Below are positions 1 to 13,015 of a stretch of DNA of 63,544 bases, one piece after another. The notes under the pieces are model-generated. The model was given only the letters and a program-made list of their open reading frames with translations. It had not been told where the DNA came from and made no database searches. How positions within the stretch are numbered: position 1 is the first letter of the stretch; every line of letters begins with the position of its first letter. The stretch is from Octopus bimaculoides (Eukaryota), in contig NC_068983.1 of the NCBI RefSeq assembly GCF_001194135.2, positions 153,547,319 through 153,610,862 on the forward strand. Reading direction: 5' to 3'. Position numbers and translations under genes: made by a program.

Positions 1-8
1 ATATATAG

Positions 9-60
9 GTATTGCATTATCCTTAATCTGGGTTGTTCATTTTCGGATGTTCTTCCTAAG
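9..60 (+). CDS. Candidate internal exon of an unidentified gene (hydrophobic reading GIALSLIWVVHFRMFFLR)
   Basis: Strong donor AAG|GTAAGA at 61 and an AG at 7-8. Two frames are open; one gives a transmembrane-like peptide. The acceptor context is cut off by the window edge and no homology is recognised. Confidence 0.3.
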
Positions 61-255
61 GTAAGACAAGTTTTTCATGTTTTGTTGCACACACGCATGT
101 TTGCCAGTATATACGCAGTGAAGCTATACAATAGCGTCGTTTTTATATCGATTGCTATTCTCCAGCAAATATCGGTACCTTGTTGTACCATTCTTATGAA
201 TTTATATATATATACTCATATATTAATTTTTATTTGCACATGCAATACGTGTATC

Positions 256-487
256 TTATTTCTTTATTGCCCACAAGGGGCTAAACAGAGGGAACAAACA
301 AGAACACACAAAGGGATTAAGTCGTTTACATCGACCCCTGTGCGTAACTGGTATTTATTTAATCGAACAAGAAAGGATGAAAGGCTAAATGGACCTCGGC
401 GGAATTTGAACTCAGGACATAAAGACAGACGAAATACCGCTAAGCAATTCGCCCGGCGTGCTAACGTTTCTGCCAGCTCGCCTCCTT
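256..487 (-). mobile_element. tRNA-derived SINE, family A
   Basis: Reverse strand starts AAGGAGGCGAGCTGGCAGAAAC and contains a B-box-like GAGTTCAAATTCCGCCGAGG. The same head and body recur at 42307, 45667, 58003 and 63262. Confidence 0.75.
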
Positions 488-1451
488 ATTTGTACAAATG
501 CTATACGTATATTTCGGAGTGCGTGGTGTGTGTGTTGGGCATATGTACATGTGTGTGAGTGTGTGTGTGCGCGCGCGCGCGTGCGTATGCACATAAATAT
601 ACGATTGCACGTTCGTGTGTTTCTCAAAGTTTGTTCTTCTTTTAAGCATGTGAAATTCAACGAAAACGTTCTCCTTTTTGTTTTGCAATTATTGCCCTCA
701 TCAAATGCTCTTTCATTTTATTGATTCGCTTCACCATTGTGTCTGTTTATATCATTGATTGTGAATGATGTTGAGTAGAATATATTTATGTGTTAGTGAT
801 ATTTATGTTCGGCTGGTTATAACAATCATCCATATCATTTTAACGATGATGATCTAAATGTGATAATGACGGTAATGTTATTAATACTCATTACTAGTGC
901 CGCATGTTTTAAGTGACAATACATACGTGCACTTGTTTCCCCAGTGTGTAATTTTTTCCCAACATCCAAGTACAGTATTAGCAAGATGATTTAATAGTTC
1001 ATGACACTGAAAGATTTGTACATCATTTTTATTCATAGTACATGTATTATAAATAATTCTGCATTAAAGTATGAAAGTGCAGAGAGAAAAGGTGTTCAAG
1101 TTGAATAATATTAATTTTTTGTTTAGTACAGGCACAGATCTAGATATATTCTGAGAGTGTACAAGTTGTAACATAGATGCATTATTTCACGGCCGTGGTA
1201 GTTACAAATTGGAGTGCAACACGTGAGAGGTTTTAGAAAAATAACCAGGTATGCGGTAAGTTACGCGTAGATTAAATATATATATATACTGAAATTAATA
1301 TCGTACTCTTTTTTTTTTTTATAGGGATCTATTTCATTTTATATGGGTAAATAGATTCACTAAAACCGTCAAAAACTGAGCGACAAGAACAATGAAAACA
1401 CGCACACAAACACTGTTCCACATACGTTGAGTCAAAAACGTGTCTTTGCAT

Positions 1452-1453
<2 letters not shown>

Positions 1454-1523
<70 letters not shown>
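1454..1523. repeat. (TG)n microsatellite
   Basis: Direct inspection. Confidence 0.98.
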
Positions 1524-1526
<3 letters not shown>

Positions 1527-1529
1527 TGT

Positions 1530-2105
1530 ATGTTTGAAAATTGGTCGTATATAACAATGTGAAACGTAAAGATCACAGAGAACGTACGATAAAGCACCAA
1601 AAAGCACCTCCTAAGCAAGACTTCACACGAAGAAGGTTATACTTTCAAATTGGTGGGATTGTGAGAACATTATCTTTTACGAGATTCTTTCTTTGGACGG
1701 GGCAATCAATACGGACGTGTACTCTGACCAATTCGACAAATTAAACGTAGTAATCAGCCAAAATCATCCAGAACTTGCCTATCATACGGACATTGTGTTT
1801 CATCATGAAAATGGCTGACCACACACTTCTTTGCAGGTGCGACAGAAGTTAATGGGGGTTGGTTGAAAAGTTTTGCCACACCTACTGTATTCGCTTGACC
1901 TTGCGCATTCGGATTTCCACCTCTTTCCACCTCTTTCCATTGAATGTGCAAACGTTCAACTCGGTAGAGGGAGTAAACATTCACTGTGAAATTTGTTTTC
2001 TCTTGTAAAGAGAGAAGATTTTTTGGGTAGAGGATAATGGATCAACTCACAAGATGGCAGAGGACTAGATCGAAACGATAATTATATCTTGATTGAATAC
2101 ATCGC
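1530..2105 (+). mobile_element. Mariner (DD34D-type) transposase remnant
   Basis: Frameshifted translation gives WVVYNNVKRK, YSDQFDKLN..ISQNHPELA, DIVFHHENG*PHTS, KVLPHLLYSLDLAHSDFHLF and a C-terminal RWQR..NYILD-like end. Confidence 0.8.
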
Positions 2106-2189
2106 TTTGTGTCTTATTTTTGCTTAAAAAAATGATCAGAATTTTGGTCCAGTCTAATATATTTAAGTAGATACTATGTAACATAGAAG

Positions 2190-2495
2190 CGTGAGACTAT
2201 ATGCATGCGTGTATGTATGTATGTATGTATGTGTGTATGTATGTATGTATGTATGTGTGTATGTGTGTATGTATGTATGCATGCTTGTATGTATTTACGT
2301 ATGCATGTATGCATGCTTATAGGTAGGTTGGTAGGTATGTAGGTAATTATGCACGTAGGCAGGCAGGCAGTCCGGCAGGCAGGCAGCCCGGCAGGCAGGC
2401 AGTCCGGCTGGTAGGTAGGTTGGTAGGTAGGTAGGTAGGTTGGTATGTGGTTAGGTAGGTAGGTAGGTAGGCAGGCAGGTGGGTAGGTAGATGAT
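2190..2495. repeat. Compound tetranucleotide microsatellite (GTAT)-(GGTA)-(GGCA)-(GGTA)
   Basis: Direct inspection. Confidence 0.95.
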
Positions 2496-4562
2496 GACAA
2501 ATTTCTCGTAAAGAAAAGACGGTCGACTTACTGGGAAGTTTAAATTATTTTCAGTTTCCATATTGTGAAAATAGTAGATATAAAACTATAAATAACGAAC
2601 AGTTAATGAGCAGAGAAAATGAAATAAATATATCCGTATCCGAAAATTCCATTTGTGGCTTTTCGGCCACACGATGCCGCCAATATTAAATATTATCCAT
2701 TTATGCATTCACAATATGGGTCTCATGTCTCCGAGGGTTTCATAATAAAGAGAATATTGTGTCACCGTCTTAAACAATTTACCTTGTCTTGGATATTTTC
2801 TTTTAAATATTCTATACACCTATATTTTATTCGTTAAAAGATGCCTAGCGGTAATATTTAATATGCTTTAATAAATAAGCAACTAATTGATTACTGACAA
2901 ACTCTCCAAAACAACAAGTACGTAAAGTGTTGAAAGGTTGCTGCTATCGCGATAAAAGAAATCACATGTATAATTTCTCATCCAATCTTTGGAAGAATTA
3001 ACTTTGCAAATATACCTCTATTAACATACAGGAATTGTGTTGCATTTTCACATTAAAAGAAAATAACATGTACGAAGAGAAATGGTTAATTATAATGAAA
3101 TTTAGACTTCGTTAATTGTTACTTTCTTGCCACTGAACTTAAAAGTCTGTTGGGATAATTGTTAAGGCTTTTATTTAAACACTGTTTATTATGTGAATAT
3201 CGCTTTTTTAAATAACAATGTCTATGATGCATATAAGAATCGGGTTCTTAAACTTGAATAATTAATAACATGTAAAACGATTTAAAACCGTAAATTGAGC
3301 ATTTCCACAAGTGTTTCTGGTGCTATTTTACCGGTAGATAATTATGCATTCATGTCTTTATTTCATATATAGTAGATTCATATATATAAAGAAAATTTAA
3401 TTACTTGATTTCAAAATCTCCCATTCTAGTTATAAGTGTAATGAGTCTAATTTATCTTGACCATGTCATTTCCCATTGACAGTAAAAGGCCGAAGGAAAT
3501 CTAAGAATGTAGCACAAAGTTGCAGTTTTCTCATTGTGAAATCGAAATCAAAACCACGTAAAGTGAAATCTATCTCCCTCGGAGGATTCATGACTAACAT
3601 GTGATTCATTGATATCTTTCTGAAAGAAAATGTCTGTATACTTAACACGAACTTAGCTCAACGCTGGAAGTCTTGCAGTGAAATGCAATATTTAAGACGT
3701 GCTTTCCGCAAAGAGAATAGGGGGATATTTTTTATTGCCCAATGAAATTCGTCAAGGGATCTGCAATCAATCATAAAGATCAATTTTAGAATTCCGGCTG
3801 CATTACGTGTCAGCAGGTTATCATTTTTCTGTAGCTTTATTGTAGAAGAGTGACGTAATTATGGAAACACTTCTATAACAAAGTTTACTGCTTTCACACT
3901 GTGTGAAAGACAAATGATAAGATGAAGTTGCTTAGGAAATTGAAATCTCATGTATACTACATTTGTAATAACGTTGAGCAGTATTCTTGAATGGCTTTTA
4001 TTTTCAACTTTTTCTTTAGTATAGGAAGCATTATACTTTGAATTTTAAGATCAAATATGACTGTAATTCAATTTAGTATTTTGTGTAAGATAATCTTTGT
4101 AGATGTTGATGTAAGATACATTCACCCCATGCATTTAATAACCAGTAGTTAGTGGCACATTTTCAATGACCACTCTCAACTGTAGAGTATATCTTCTTAG
4201 AAGTCATTATCTACCATATTCCGACAAAAATAACTCCCCATCGAGTCAATGCGGGAACTTAAACATAATTATACGGCACGCTAGAAATTTAATTGAAATA
4301 AAATAATCACACTATCTTAAACGTACATAAATTAATTCGATATTTTAACCAACCATATATACTTCAGTAAGTCAGGAAAACGAGAGAGGAAATCATTTGA
4401 TCACCAACAATACGAATCTCAAAAATACTCTGTATATTCTATTAACTGGACACTACGTGTATCAGTACGTATATTCATTACTCGCCTGAAATATAGCTGA
4501 ATATAAATATGAAAAAATTCTCCAATTTGTTAATTAAAGATTTGTTTTTTTTATATTTTCAG

Positions 4563-4657
4563 ATGGGCTTATCTTTGATGTTTTTATAGGTGGTAAATTT
4601 GTACTGAATGCTTACTCCGGAGGCTATTCTATGGATGCAACATGGAAAAAGAAATGA
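4563..4657 (+). CDS. Candidate terminal exon of an unidentified gene
   Basis: Strong acceptor TTTTTTTTATATTTTCAG|. Phase 2 reads (R)WAYL* (stop at 4576-4578); phase 1 reads (D)GLIFDVFIGGKFVLNAYSGGYSMDATWKKK*. An AATAAA occurs near 5138. Confidence 0.25.
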
Positions 4658-6059
4658 GTTATGTGATAGTAAAGATGGATATTAGCATGTACATTAGTCT
4701 TCGATGCACTATCGTGGTCTTGCACTAGCGAAGTAATGGTAGCAAAAATTTATTTCCATATCTGATCACAAGAATCAACAAATGGTTTAAAGTCTCATAA
4801 CAGGTTTTAGTTCCAGTTTTTCAAAACAAAGTCGAGAAAGACACGAAATTAAATGTTTTGCCTTTTTCGCCAAACGTTGACCTATAAACTAACACCCTTT
4901 AGACAAACAGCAAATTATAACTCATATGCTGTATGAATATAAGCAAGGTATTATATTAAACTTTCATAATGGTGAAACTACAAAACTGCATGTTATTAAA
5001 TTGCTTCAGCTTTTTCTAATGTGTAAGTCATCTGTTCTATCCTTCCTTTAATGATTTTAAATAGTTTATTTGATAATGAACAGTGTTTATCACTTTCTTT
5101 CGAAAATTATCAACCATTTCTCATCCACCTACACGCTCAATAAAAGCAAATACCACTCGGCTGCATGTAATTTGTTTTCTATTCTTTGAAATCTTTATTT
5201 ACATCACTGCCAAATTCATCGAATGATGAGAGTAAAAAAACCCAATCACTAATCTAAGAATTTCAGATAATGTTCTATTATTTTTCAATGCTGTATACAG
5301 AAAACTGGTAATTTTCTAAAAGTTGATTAAATATAATAATTCAATGTACAGTCTCCAAATAATGTATAAACATATATATAACTAAGTTCTGTCTTTCAAG
5401 AAAATATTGAAAGCTAACGCAATATTTTTACTTTCATTAAGAACAGAAATAATTTCATTAAAATTGAAATAATTTTCAATTTATATTCTTTACGCTGATA
5501 TCGACAAAAAACTGAGAATAGTTAGAAACCGTTCCGATACACTTGCTGTGTTATACATAAATATCTCCACAAACGCTTTCTCAACTCTGTGTATATCTAT
5601 GATTGAAACATTCCAACCCTATCAATATGAACATTTTTATCGGATGCTAAAATATATAATCTGTAGTGTTTATATGAGCCGGTAGAGGGTATTTTGAGAA
5701 ACGTGCATCTGGTATTTCTAACAATTTAATTGACTGAACATATCAAGTCTTCTTTGTTGGCCTCATTATACAAAAATTATTTTAGCTATTGTTAGAAGAC
5801 CCTTATGACCAAATAACATACAATCTTTTTCTGAGAACGTACATTGATGGCGCCTCAAATTTGTTTGATGTCTCAAAAGAATGATCAGCTAAATTTCTCT
5901 TGTGTCGTATATTTGTGTCTTCACAACTACATACTATTTAATTGCTGGATGTTATTATGCTGTGTTATATTAGATACTAAAACTAAAAAGAGTACAAAAA
6001 TTGTACTATCGGCTGATAGATAAGTAGGAAGTAATTTCACTTGCAATTATCAGAAGGCA

Positions 6060-6480
6060 GAATAGGCCAAAGTTTTAAACTTGCTGGTAAACAGGTTCCT
6101 CTATTTATTAAGTTGCGCAGTACGAATGGTAGCGTAATCGTCGGGAATGCAATTCATGTGCAGTTCGACTTCGACCGTAATATAGTGATGTGCTTGGGAT
6201 CTATTTCGATATGGCATAGACCACAGATATGGACGCTTAATGAATGAGAGAGGACCAATGTTGAAGTATAGTGATTAGTGGAAGAAAGAGTGGAAAAGTG
6301 ATGAGGGTGTGCTTTTTAAATGCTTCCAAATTTTCTCCGTTGGTTGGCCAAGTCATAAAGCTGACATGGAAAAGAGAGGAAATGGTGTATCTGTGACGTA
6401 AAGGCTGAAGTGCATTGTTAGTTCTTTACACTCTGAGTACTCTCTTGCTTGACAGTCGCAGGGGACCTCATTTAGAGTAA
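6060..6480 (-). mobile_element. Very degenerate CR1/L2-group LINE 3' remnant
   Basis: Minus-strand pieces LQPLRHR..SSLFH, PSSLFHS and SQAHHYITVEV resemble the post-RT C-terminus of CR1/L2-group elements; many stops and frameshifts. Confidence 0.35.
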
Positions 6481-7589
6481 AATCTATCATTTATCCATCT
6501 GTAGCAACTGCATCGGCATTCATTCTGCGGAAACAGTATTTTTTGTGATGCATATAAATTTTACAGTGAGAGATCACATATTCATGGTTGAATGACACAC
6601 TAATGAGCATCTTAAAGCTATAATGTGAATGGGAATTCTCAAGGAGAGCTCGTGACATTTAAATTTATTCAATATTGTACCAGTCAGACAGTTTTCACTT
6701 AGGACACGATCATGCAGTCTCACAAGAAAGCTTTACAATGGATTGAAGGATTCACGAAATACGTGCGTAATGAGTTTAGGCAGGAGTTTCCGAGGCAAAT
6801 ACAGCTATAAACTACATATATCTAAGTACAATGAGCTTGGTATTTCCGAAATTCTCAAGTGACGGACACAATTGTTAAGTAACGCACGGGGATACATATT
6901 ACATACGAAAATTCGTTTTGTATCTAATAGCTTGAAACTAGTTTGAAACTAATCAGTGAGATTGAAAATGTTGAAGACTGTGATTGTTAATGATTCATTT
7001 ATCACTTTGCACTCTGTGAAAAAATTACCAAGTTTACAATAATCAGGATATGTTGAAGCAAAGATATAAGCGCATAACAGTTTAGAATAAAGCAGAAATA
7101 TCTCAGGAGTCCCTTGTTGTAATGCAATATAAATAACACATGCTGAGTAATACCAATGAATTAAGAGATCATTAATTTGTTGTATGCGAATACGTTTTGT
7201 GACTATATATCTTTGAGAGTTAGCTCAATGTAAATCCTAATATTCATGACTGTTAGTTTCACAAGTGAATAGTATACACGTCTCTAAAGAGGTTTAATAA
7301 GAACAAAACAAACTCGTTGCTTTCACCAATTCGTTCTTGAGTCTAGCATATCAGCATTCTACATCGTTATTATGATTTAAATGTTCCACCACAGTGATCA
7401 CTTTCAGTTACGCGAATTTATTGTTTCCTTTATAATTTTATAGTATTTTTCTTTATTAATTTTCTAGTTACAGCTTTTTGTCAAGTATCTTCTTATATAA
7501 TATCAGTGAAATGAAATTTGTCAAATTATTACATAAGTTACGCCTAACCATATTTGTGTTGTTCCGATCAAGAATATCGTTCCTAGTCA

Positions 7590-7801
7590 ACATCGCATGT
7601 GTATATGTATTTATGTGTATATGTATCCATTTATGTGTAAATATGTGTATGCAAATATATATATATATGTGAGTATGTGCATATGTGCATATGTATACAT
7701 GTGTATCTATAGCTGTATGTATATTTGCATACACGCGCACACATGCGCGAACGCAAATTTACATAGTATATGCATACAAACGTACGTAGATAATACTCAG
7801 T

Positions 7802-7882
<81 letters not shown>

Positions 7883-8507
7883 TTATATATATATATATAA
7901 GAATACATGTATATACATACATATGTATATATATATATATGTATATGTTCACAGATCTCTATGTCTAATTACATATTAGCATTTGGACAAGATGTTTTAT
8001 GTATGTTGTCATAGCAATAGTCTCACTTTATGAAATTTTCAAATCACCGCATTTGAAATAAAGATTTAAAATTATGATACTAAGCTTGCCGTAATAAAAC
8101 GGTGTATAATAATGCGTATGTAGTGCAAGATGTAAATTTACGTTCGAGTTGGTGAGTTTTAGTGTATGTAATATATTAGTGAAGCAAGGTAGTGAATGTA
8201 ACATTACTATTTGGAATATGAAGAATAATTAAGAAAGCAAGATATCACAGTCACCTTTAGCTGGAGCTAAGTGTCGAAGGAACTGAAGTTATAATAATAA
8301 TCATGAACATAAGAATATTTATGTGAATGTAAAGTGCGAATTCGTAGGTGGTCCGTTGTCTACACTGTCTTACATTGATTAACTATCTGCGCGTTCATAT
8401 ACGCTCACACAGATGCTCTCCATATTTTTGCAACAAATATATACAAATATGTGGGCATATAAGAATGTATGTATATATGTATGTATGTATGCATGCATGT
8501 ATGTATG

Positions 8508-8556
<49 letters not shown>

Positions 8557-9254
8557 NNNNNNNNNNNNNNNNNNNNNNNNNNNNNNNNNNNNNNNNNNNN
8601 NNNNNNNNNNNNNNNNNNNNNNNNNNNNNNNNNNNNNNNNNNNNNNNNNNNNNNNNNNNNNNNNNNNNNNNNNNNNNNNNNNNNNNNNNNNNNNNNNNNN
8701 NNNNNNNNNNNNNNNNNNNNNNNNNNNNNNNNNNNNNNNNNNNNNNNNNNNNNNNNNNNNNNNNNNNNNNNNNNNNNNNNNNNNNNNNNNNNNNNNNNNN
8801 NNNNNNNNNNNNNNNNNNNNNNNNNNNNNNNNNNNNNNNNNNNNNNNNNNNNNNNNNNNNNNNNNNNNNNNNNNNNNNNNNNNNNNNNNNNNNNNNNNNN
8901 NNNNNNNNNNNNNNNNNNNNNNNNNNNNNNNNNNNNNNNNNNNNNNNNNNNNNNNNNNNNNNNNNNNNNNNNNNNNNNNNNNNNNNNNNNNNNNNNNNNN
9001 NNNNNNNNNNNNNNNNNNNNNNNNNNNNNNNNNNNNNNNNNNNNNNNNNNNNNNNNNNNNNNNNNNNNNNNNNNNNNNNNNNNNNNNNNNNNNNNNNNNN
9101 NNNNNNNNNNNNNNNNNNNNNNNNNNNNNNNNNNNNNNNNNNNNNNNNNNNNNNNNNNNNNNNNNNNNNNNNNNNNNNNNNNNNNNNNNNNNNNNNNNNN
9201 NNNNNNNNNNNNNNNNNNNNNNNNNNNNNNNNNNNNNNNNNNNNNNNNNNNNNN

Positions 9255-9294
<40 letters not shown>

Positions 9295-9330
9295 CGTCTG
9301 TGTGTGAATGTGTGTATGTATATATACATA
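7590..9330. repeat. Compound (TA)/(TG)/(TATG) microsatellite fields around gap 8557-9254
   Basis: Direct inspection; unique sequence lies between the fields at about 7970-8460. Confidence 0.85.
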
Positions 9331-9589
9331 CATGATTTATATATAACATTTATGTTTGTATATATAAATGTATAAATGAATAGAATGACAGATCGAAAGA
9401 TAGATAGAGAAGAGAGACAGACAAAGAGATAGATATGAAGGTGCAGAGAATGAGAGAGATATACAAGTATAAATATCTACAGGCACGCATATAATAATAA
9501 TGCCTACATAGGTATCTGTATAATAGCATTGTGTGTTACATACAAGATGTACTCATTCCAGAATGTTTTAGACTTTCAGAAGAGACATT

Positions 9590-10075
9590 CATTAATTCCA
9601 AAGGTGCATAAGTCTCTAATTTTATTGCAGTAGGATTTATTGACTTCAATGCACATGTTTTAGCACTTCAATCAATTCGTGGAAGCTTTATTATGGTCCT
9701 CTAAAATAAAGATGTCAGTTCTCTTGTTACAGAATCCTTCATATTCTTCAACTAGGAGAACAACCAAAAGTCACAAGGGGCAAGTTCTCTACTGCAGGGA
9801 GTGTGAGGAACAATTAATTCTGTTGCTCATCACTGTAAGGAAGTCGGTCACCAGGATGGAATTGGAGATTAGTGTATTGTCCTGGCTCAAGTGGTTTTGT
9901 CTTTCGCAGTGAAATCTCATCCTGAACTCCATCAAAATTTCCACAACGTACTATTTGCTGACCGTAAGACCAGCGGCAACCTAGTTCTTGTAGATGACGC
10001 TCTTTCTCTCAAAACAAAGGCATTACCATTAGCTTTTCAGTAAGCTTTACATGCCTGGAGCGTTGTGCTAGCGAA
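9590..10075 (-). mobile_element. Mariner transposase remnant (C-terminal half)
   Basis: Minus strand gives KLMVMPLF, SVIYKN*VAAGLTVSK*YVVEILMEFRMRF, HLSQDN..NSILVTDFL and VPHTPCSRELAPCDFWLFS*LK. Confidence 0.7.
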
Positions 10076-10718
10076 AAATAGAAGCTCGTCCCATTCAAAA
10101 TGATCCATAAGGTTTTGTAGCATTTTTGCTTATTTTAACATAAAAGATTATTGCATAACGAGCGTCAAACAAGTATGACCTTACCAATACGAAAGCTAAG
10201 CCTCTTTACCTTCCCCTCCTTCTCAAAGTTTTTTTCTTCATTCTTATCCCTTGCCTGGCAAATCCACGAATTTTTCTATATGTAAAAATGCCAAGAAATC
10301 TAAATTTAAACCATACTTCGAAAAATCTGATAACAGAAGAAACCGCTAAAAATATAATTAAAATGGAAATATAAAAAATACATATACCCATCTNNNNNNN
10401 NNNNNNNNNNNNNNNNNNNNNNNNNNNNNNNNNNNNNNNNNNNNNNNNNNNNNNNNNNNNNNNNNNNNNNNNNNNNNNNNNNNNNNNNNNNNNNNNNNNN
10501 NNNNNNNNNNNNNNNNNNNNNNNNNNNNNNNNNNNNNNNNNNNNNNNNNNNNNNNNNNNNNNNNNNNNNNNNNNNNNNNNNNNNNNNNNNNNNNNNNNNN
10601 NNNNNNNNNNNNNNNNNNNNNNNNNNNNNNNNNNNNNNNNNNNNNNNNNNNNNNNNNNNNNNNNNNNNNNNNNNNNNNNNNNNNNNNNNNNNNNNNNNNN
10701 NNNNNNNNNNNNNNNNNN

Positions 10719-10753
<35 letters not shown>

Positions 10754-11453
10754 GACATATACATATACATATATGATATGTGTGAGTGTGTGTTTTTGTG
10801 TGTGTGTTTTTGTCTGTGATTATGTATATCATTATCAGTAATGCTACTACGTACATTAGTAACCTCATAAATGCACTGAATATCAGATGTATGATGTTAT
10901 TCCACAAGGTACTCGACCAACTCCACCTGCAAACGTACACATGGTAAATCTGACAAGAAACAACACCTCATCGCCCAACCTGAACTCAATGATCTAGTAC
11001 GAGATCTAACACTTACTAAGCAACAGAGTGAAGTCCTGGCCTCAAGTCTGCAACAAAGGAACCTGTTGGATAAATATACTCTAACTACAATATTAAAGAA
11101 GCATTCTGAAGTTCTCACAACGGTTCTTCAATTTGGAACACACTTGATTTATTGCAGTGATATCAGTATTCTATTCAATGCTCTTGAGCTAATCTACGAA
11201 CCAAATGAGTAGAAGTTATACGTAGAAGCATCCCTTTACAGCATAAAAGCGGTTCTGCTGCACATTGGGAACAGCATGCCTTCAGTTTCAATGCTCACCC
11301 AGTCATTTTAAGAGAGACATGAGAACCTCACTTTTATTCTAGACTGCATGAGTTACAAGGTGCATGAGTGGATAATTTGTGCGAACTTGAAAGTAGTACA
11401 TTATTTACATTGTTTGCATTTGACGGATATTCGTCCTCATCTTGTTTGTTGTT

Positions 11454-11499
11454 AACACAACGTTTCGGCTGATATACCCTCCAGCCTTCGTCAGGTGTC
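11454..11499 (-). ncRNA. Minimal type I hammerhead-like ribozyme motif (family H1)
   Basis: Reverse strand: GACAC-CTGACGA-A-GGCTG-gagggtatat-CAGCC-GAAAC-GTT-GTGTT. Confidence 0.6.
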
Positions 11500-11543
11500 T
11501 TGGGGAAATTTCGAACCTGGGTTCTCATTCCTATCGATGTTAC

Positions 11544-11617
<74 letters not shown>

Positions 11618-11993
11618 NNNNNNNNNNNNNNNNNNNNNNNNNNNNNNNNNNNNNNNNNNNNNNNNNNNNNNNNNNNNNNNNNNNNNNNNNNNNNNNNNNN
11701 NNNNNNNNNNNNNNNNNNNNNNNNNNNNNNNNNNNNNNNNNNNNNNNNNNNNNNNNNNNNNNNNNNNNNNNNNNNNNNNNNNNNNNNNNNNNNNNNNNNN
11801 NNNNNNNNNNNNNNNNNNNNNNNNNNNNNNNNNNNNNNNNNNNNNNNNNNNNNNNNNNNNNNNNNNNNNNNNNNNNNNNNNNNNNNNNNNNNNNNNNNNN
11901 NNNNNNNNNNNNNNNNNNNNNNNNNNNNNNNNNNNNNNNNNNNNNNNNNNNNNNNNNNNNNNNNNNNNNNNNNNNNNNNNNNNAATAATAATA

Positions 11994-12031
<38 letters not shown>

Positions 12032-12075
12032 GTAACATCGATAGGGATGAGAACCCAGGTTCGAAATTTCCCCAA

Positions 12076-12121
12076 GACACCTGACGAAGGCTGGAGGGTA
12101 TATCAGCCGAAACGTTGTGTT
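12076..12121 (+). ncRNA. Minimal type I hammerhead-like ribozyme motif (family H1)
   Basis: GACAC/GTGTT stem I, CTGACGA core plus an extra A, GGCTG/CAGCC stem II, GAAAC-GTT with the palindrome AACGTT. Confidence 0.6.
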
Positions 12122-12943
12122 ATCAACAAACAAGATGAGGACGAATATCCGTCAAATGTAAATAATGTAAATAATGTAAATAATTCCTCATCTCTTAAAT
12201 ATAGAACTGTATTGAAAGTAGTAGCCCTACTTAACAGGCTACAACCTGGATACACAAAGATTATGTGCTTGCTTTACAAGTGGGACAGTATCGCCAGATT
12301 AGAACATTATGTAGGCTCAGAATGGCCACCTCGGGAAACTATGACGCCTGGATGCCATAATGTTGATCATGAGCCACTAGTTAAAAAGGAGAAAATCATT
12401 TTGTTACTACTGCCTATAAAACTAGGCCTAATTGAAACAATTTACCAAAGCATTGAAACATAACAAGGTGATCTTTCCTAAAATAAGCGATATCAAGTAT
12501 AAAGAGGGTATATTCGTAGGCCTTCAGATTCGTCAACCTATAGCTGATGAGGACTTCGAGGCGACAATGGATGAAACTGGACTAGCGTCCTGGCGTACAT
12601 TCAAAGATGTATGCAAAGGACTTCAGGGAAAGCTCCGAGTGGTCCCAGCTAGAGAGTATAATAGAGAGCCTAATCAAGTGCTAGCAATATCTCGGTAGCA
12701 GTATGTCACTGAAGATATACTTTCTTCATTCTCATCTGTCCTTCTTCCCAGAGAGTGCAGGAGTTGTGAGTGATGAGCATGAAGAGAGGTTCCATAAAAA
12801 TATAGCGTCAATGGAAAGCAGGCAGAAGGGAAAATGGAATCCAGCTATGCTGGCTGACTTCTGCTGGAACCTAAAGCGTGAAACAACTGAGACGTCTTAT
12901 AAACGAATTAGTAAATACTAAAATGTAAGTTAATATATTATAT

Positions 12944-13015
12944 ATTCTTTTCTACTCTAGGCACAAGATCTAGATTAGATCGATCGCAGTACGCAACTGG
13001 TACGTAATTAGATAA
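12944..13015 (-). mobile_element. SINE family A 3' fragment
   Basis: ATTCTTTTCTACTCTAGGCACAAG..GATTAGATCGA..CAGTACGCAACTGGTAC matches the reverse complement of the tail of the 42307 copy. Confidence 0.5.

Larger units (their letters stand above)
11399..12211. mobile_element. Non-autonomous Penelope-like terminal unit, two inverted arms, TSD TTGAAAGTAGTA
   Basis: Arms 11399-11617 (minus) and 11984-12211 (plus) are near reverse complements. A 12-bp direct repeat lies at 11387-11398 and 12212-12223, and the host transposase sequence resumes across it. Confidence 0.7.
10900..12925 (+). pseudogene. Decayed DDE transposase, Chapaev3/CMC-like DNA transposon, interrupted by a PLE-type insertion
   Basis: Motifs QPELNDLVRDLTLTKQQSEVLAS, SIKAVLLHIGN, WIICANLKVV|ALL, QPGYTK..WDS, LPIKLGL, KEGIFVGLQIR, MSLKIYFLHSHLSFFP, VSDEHEERFH and WNPAMLADFCW. 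The family assignment is from recall of these motifs. Confidence 0.7.

Noticed and set aside
1754-1984. 76-aa minus-strand ORF with an apparent acceptor
   Set aside because: It is the antisense shadow of the plus-strand mariner remnant.
6041-6247. 68-aa plus-strand ORF
   Set aside because: No splice or homology support; it overlaps a probable antisense LINE remnant.
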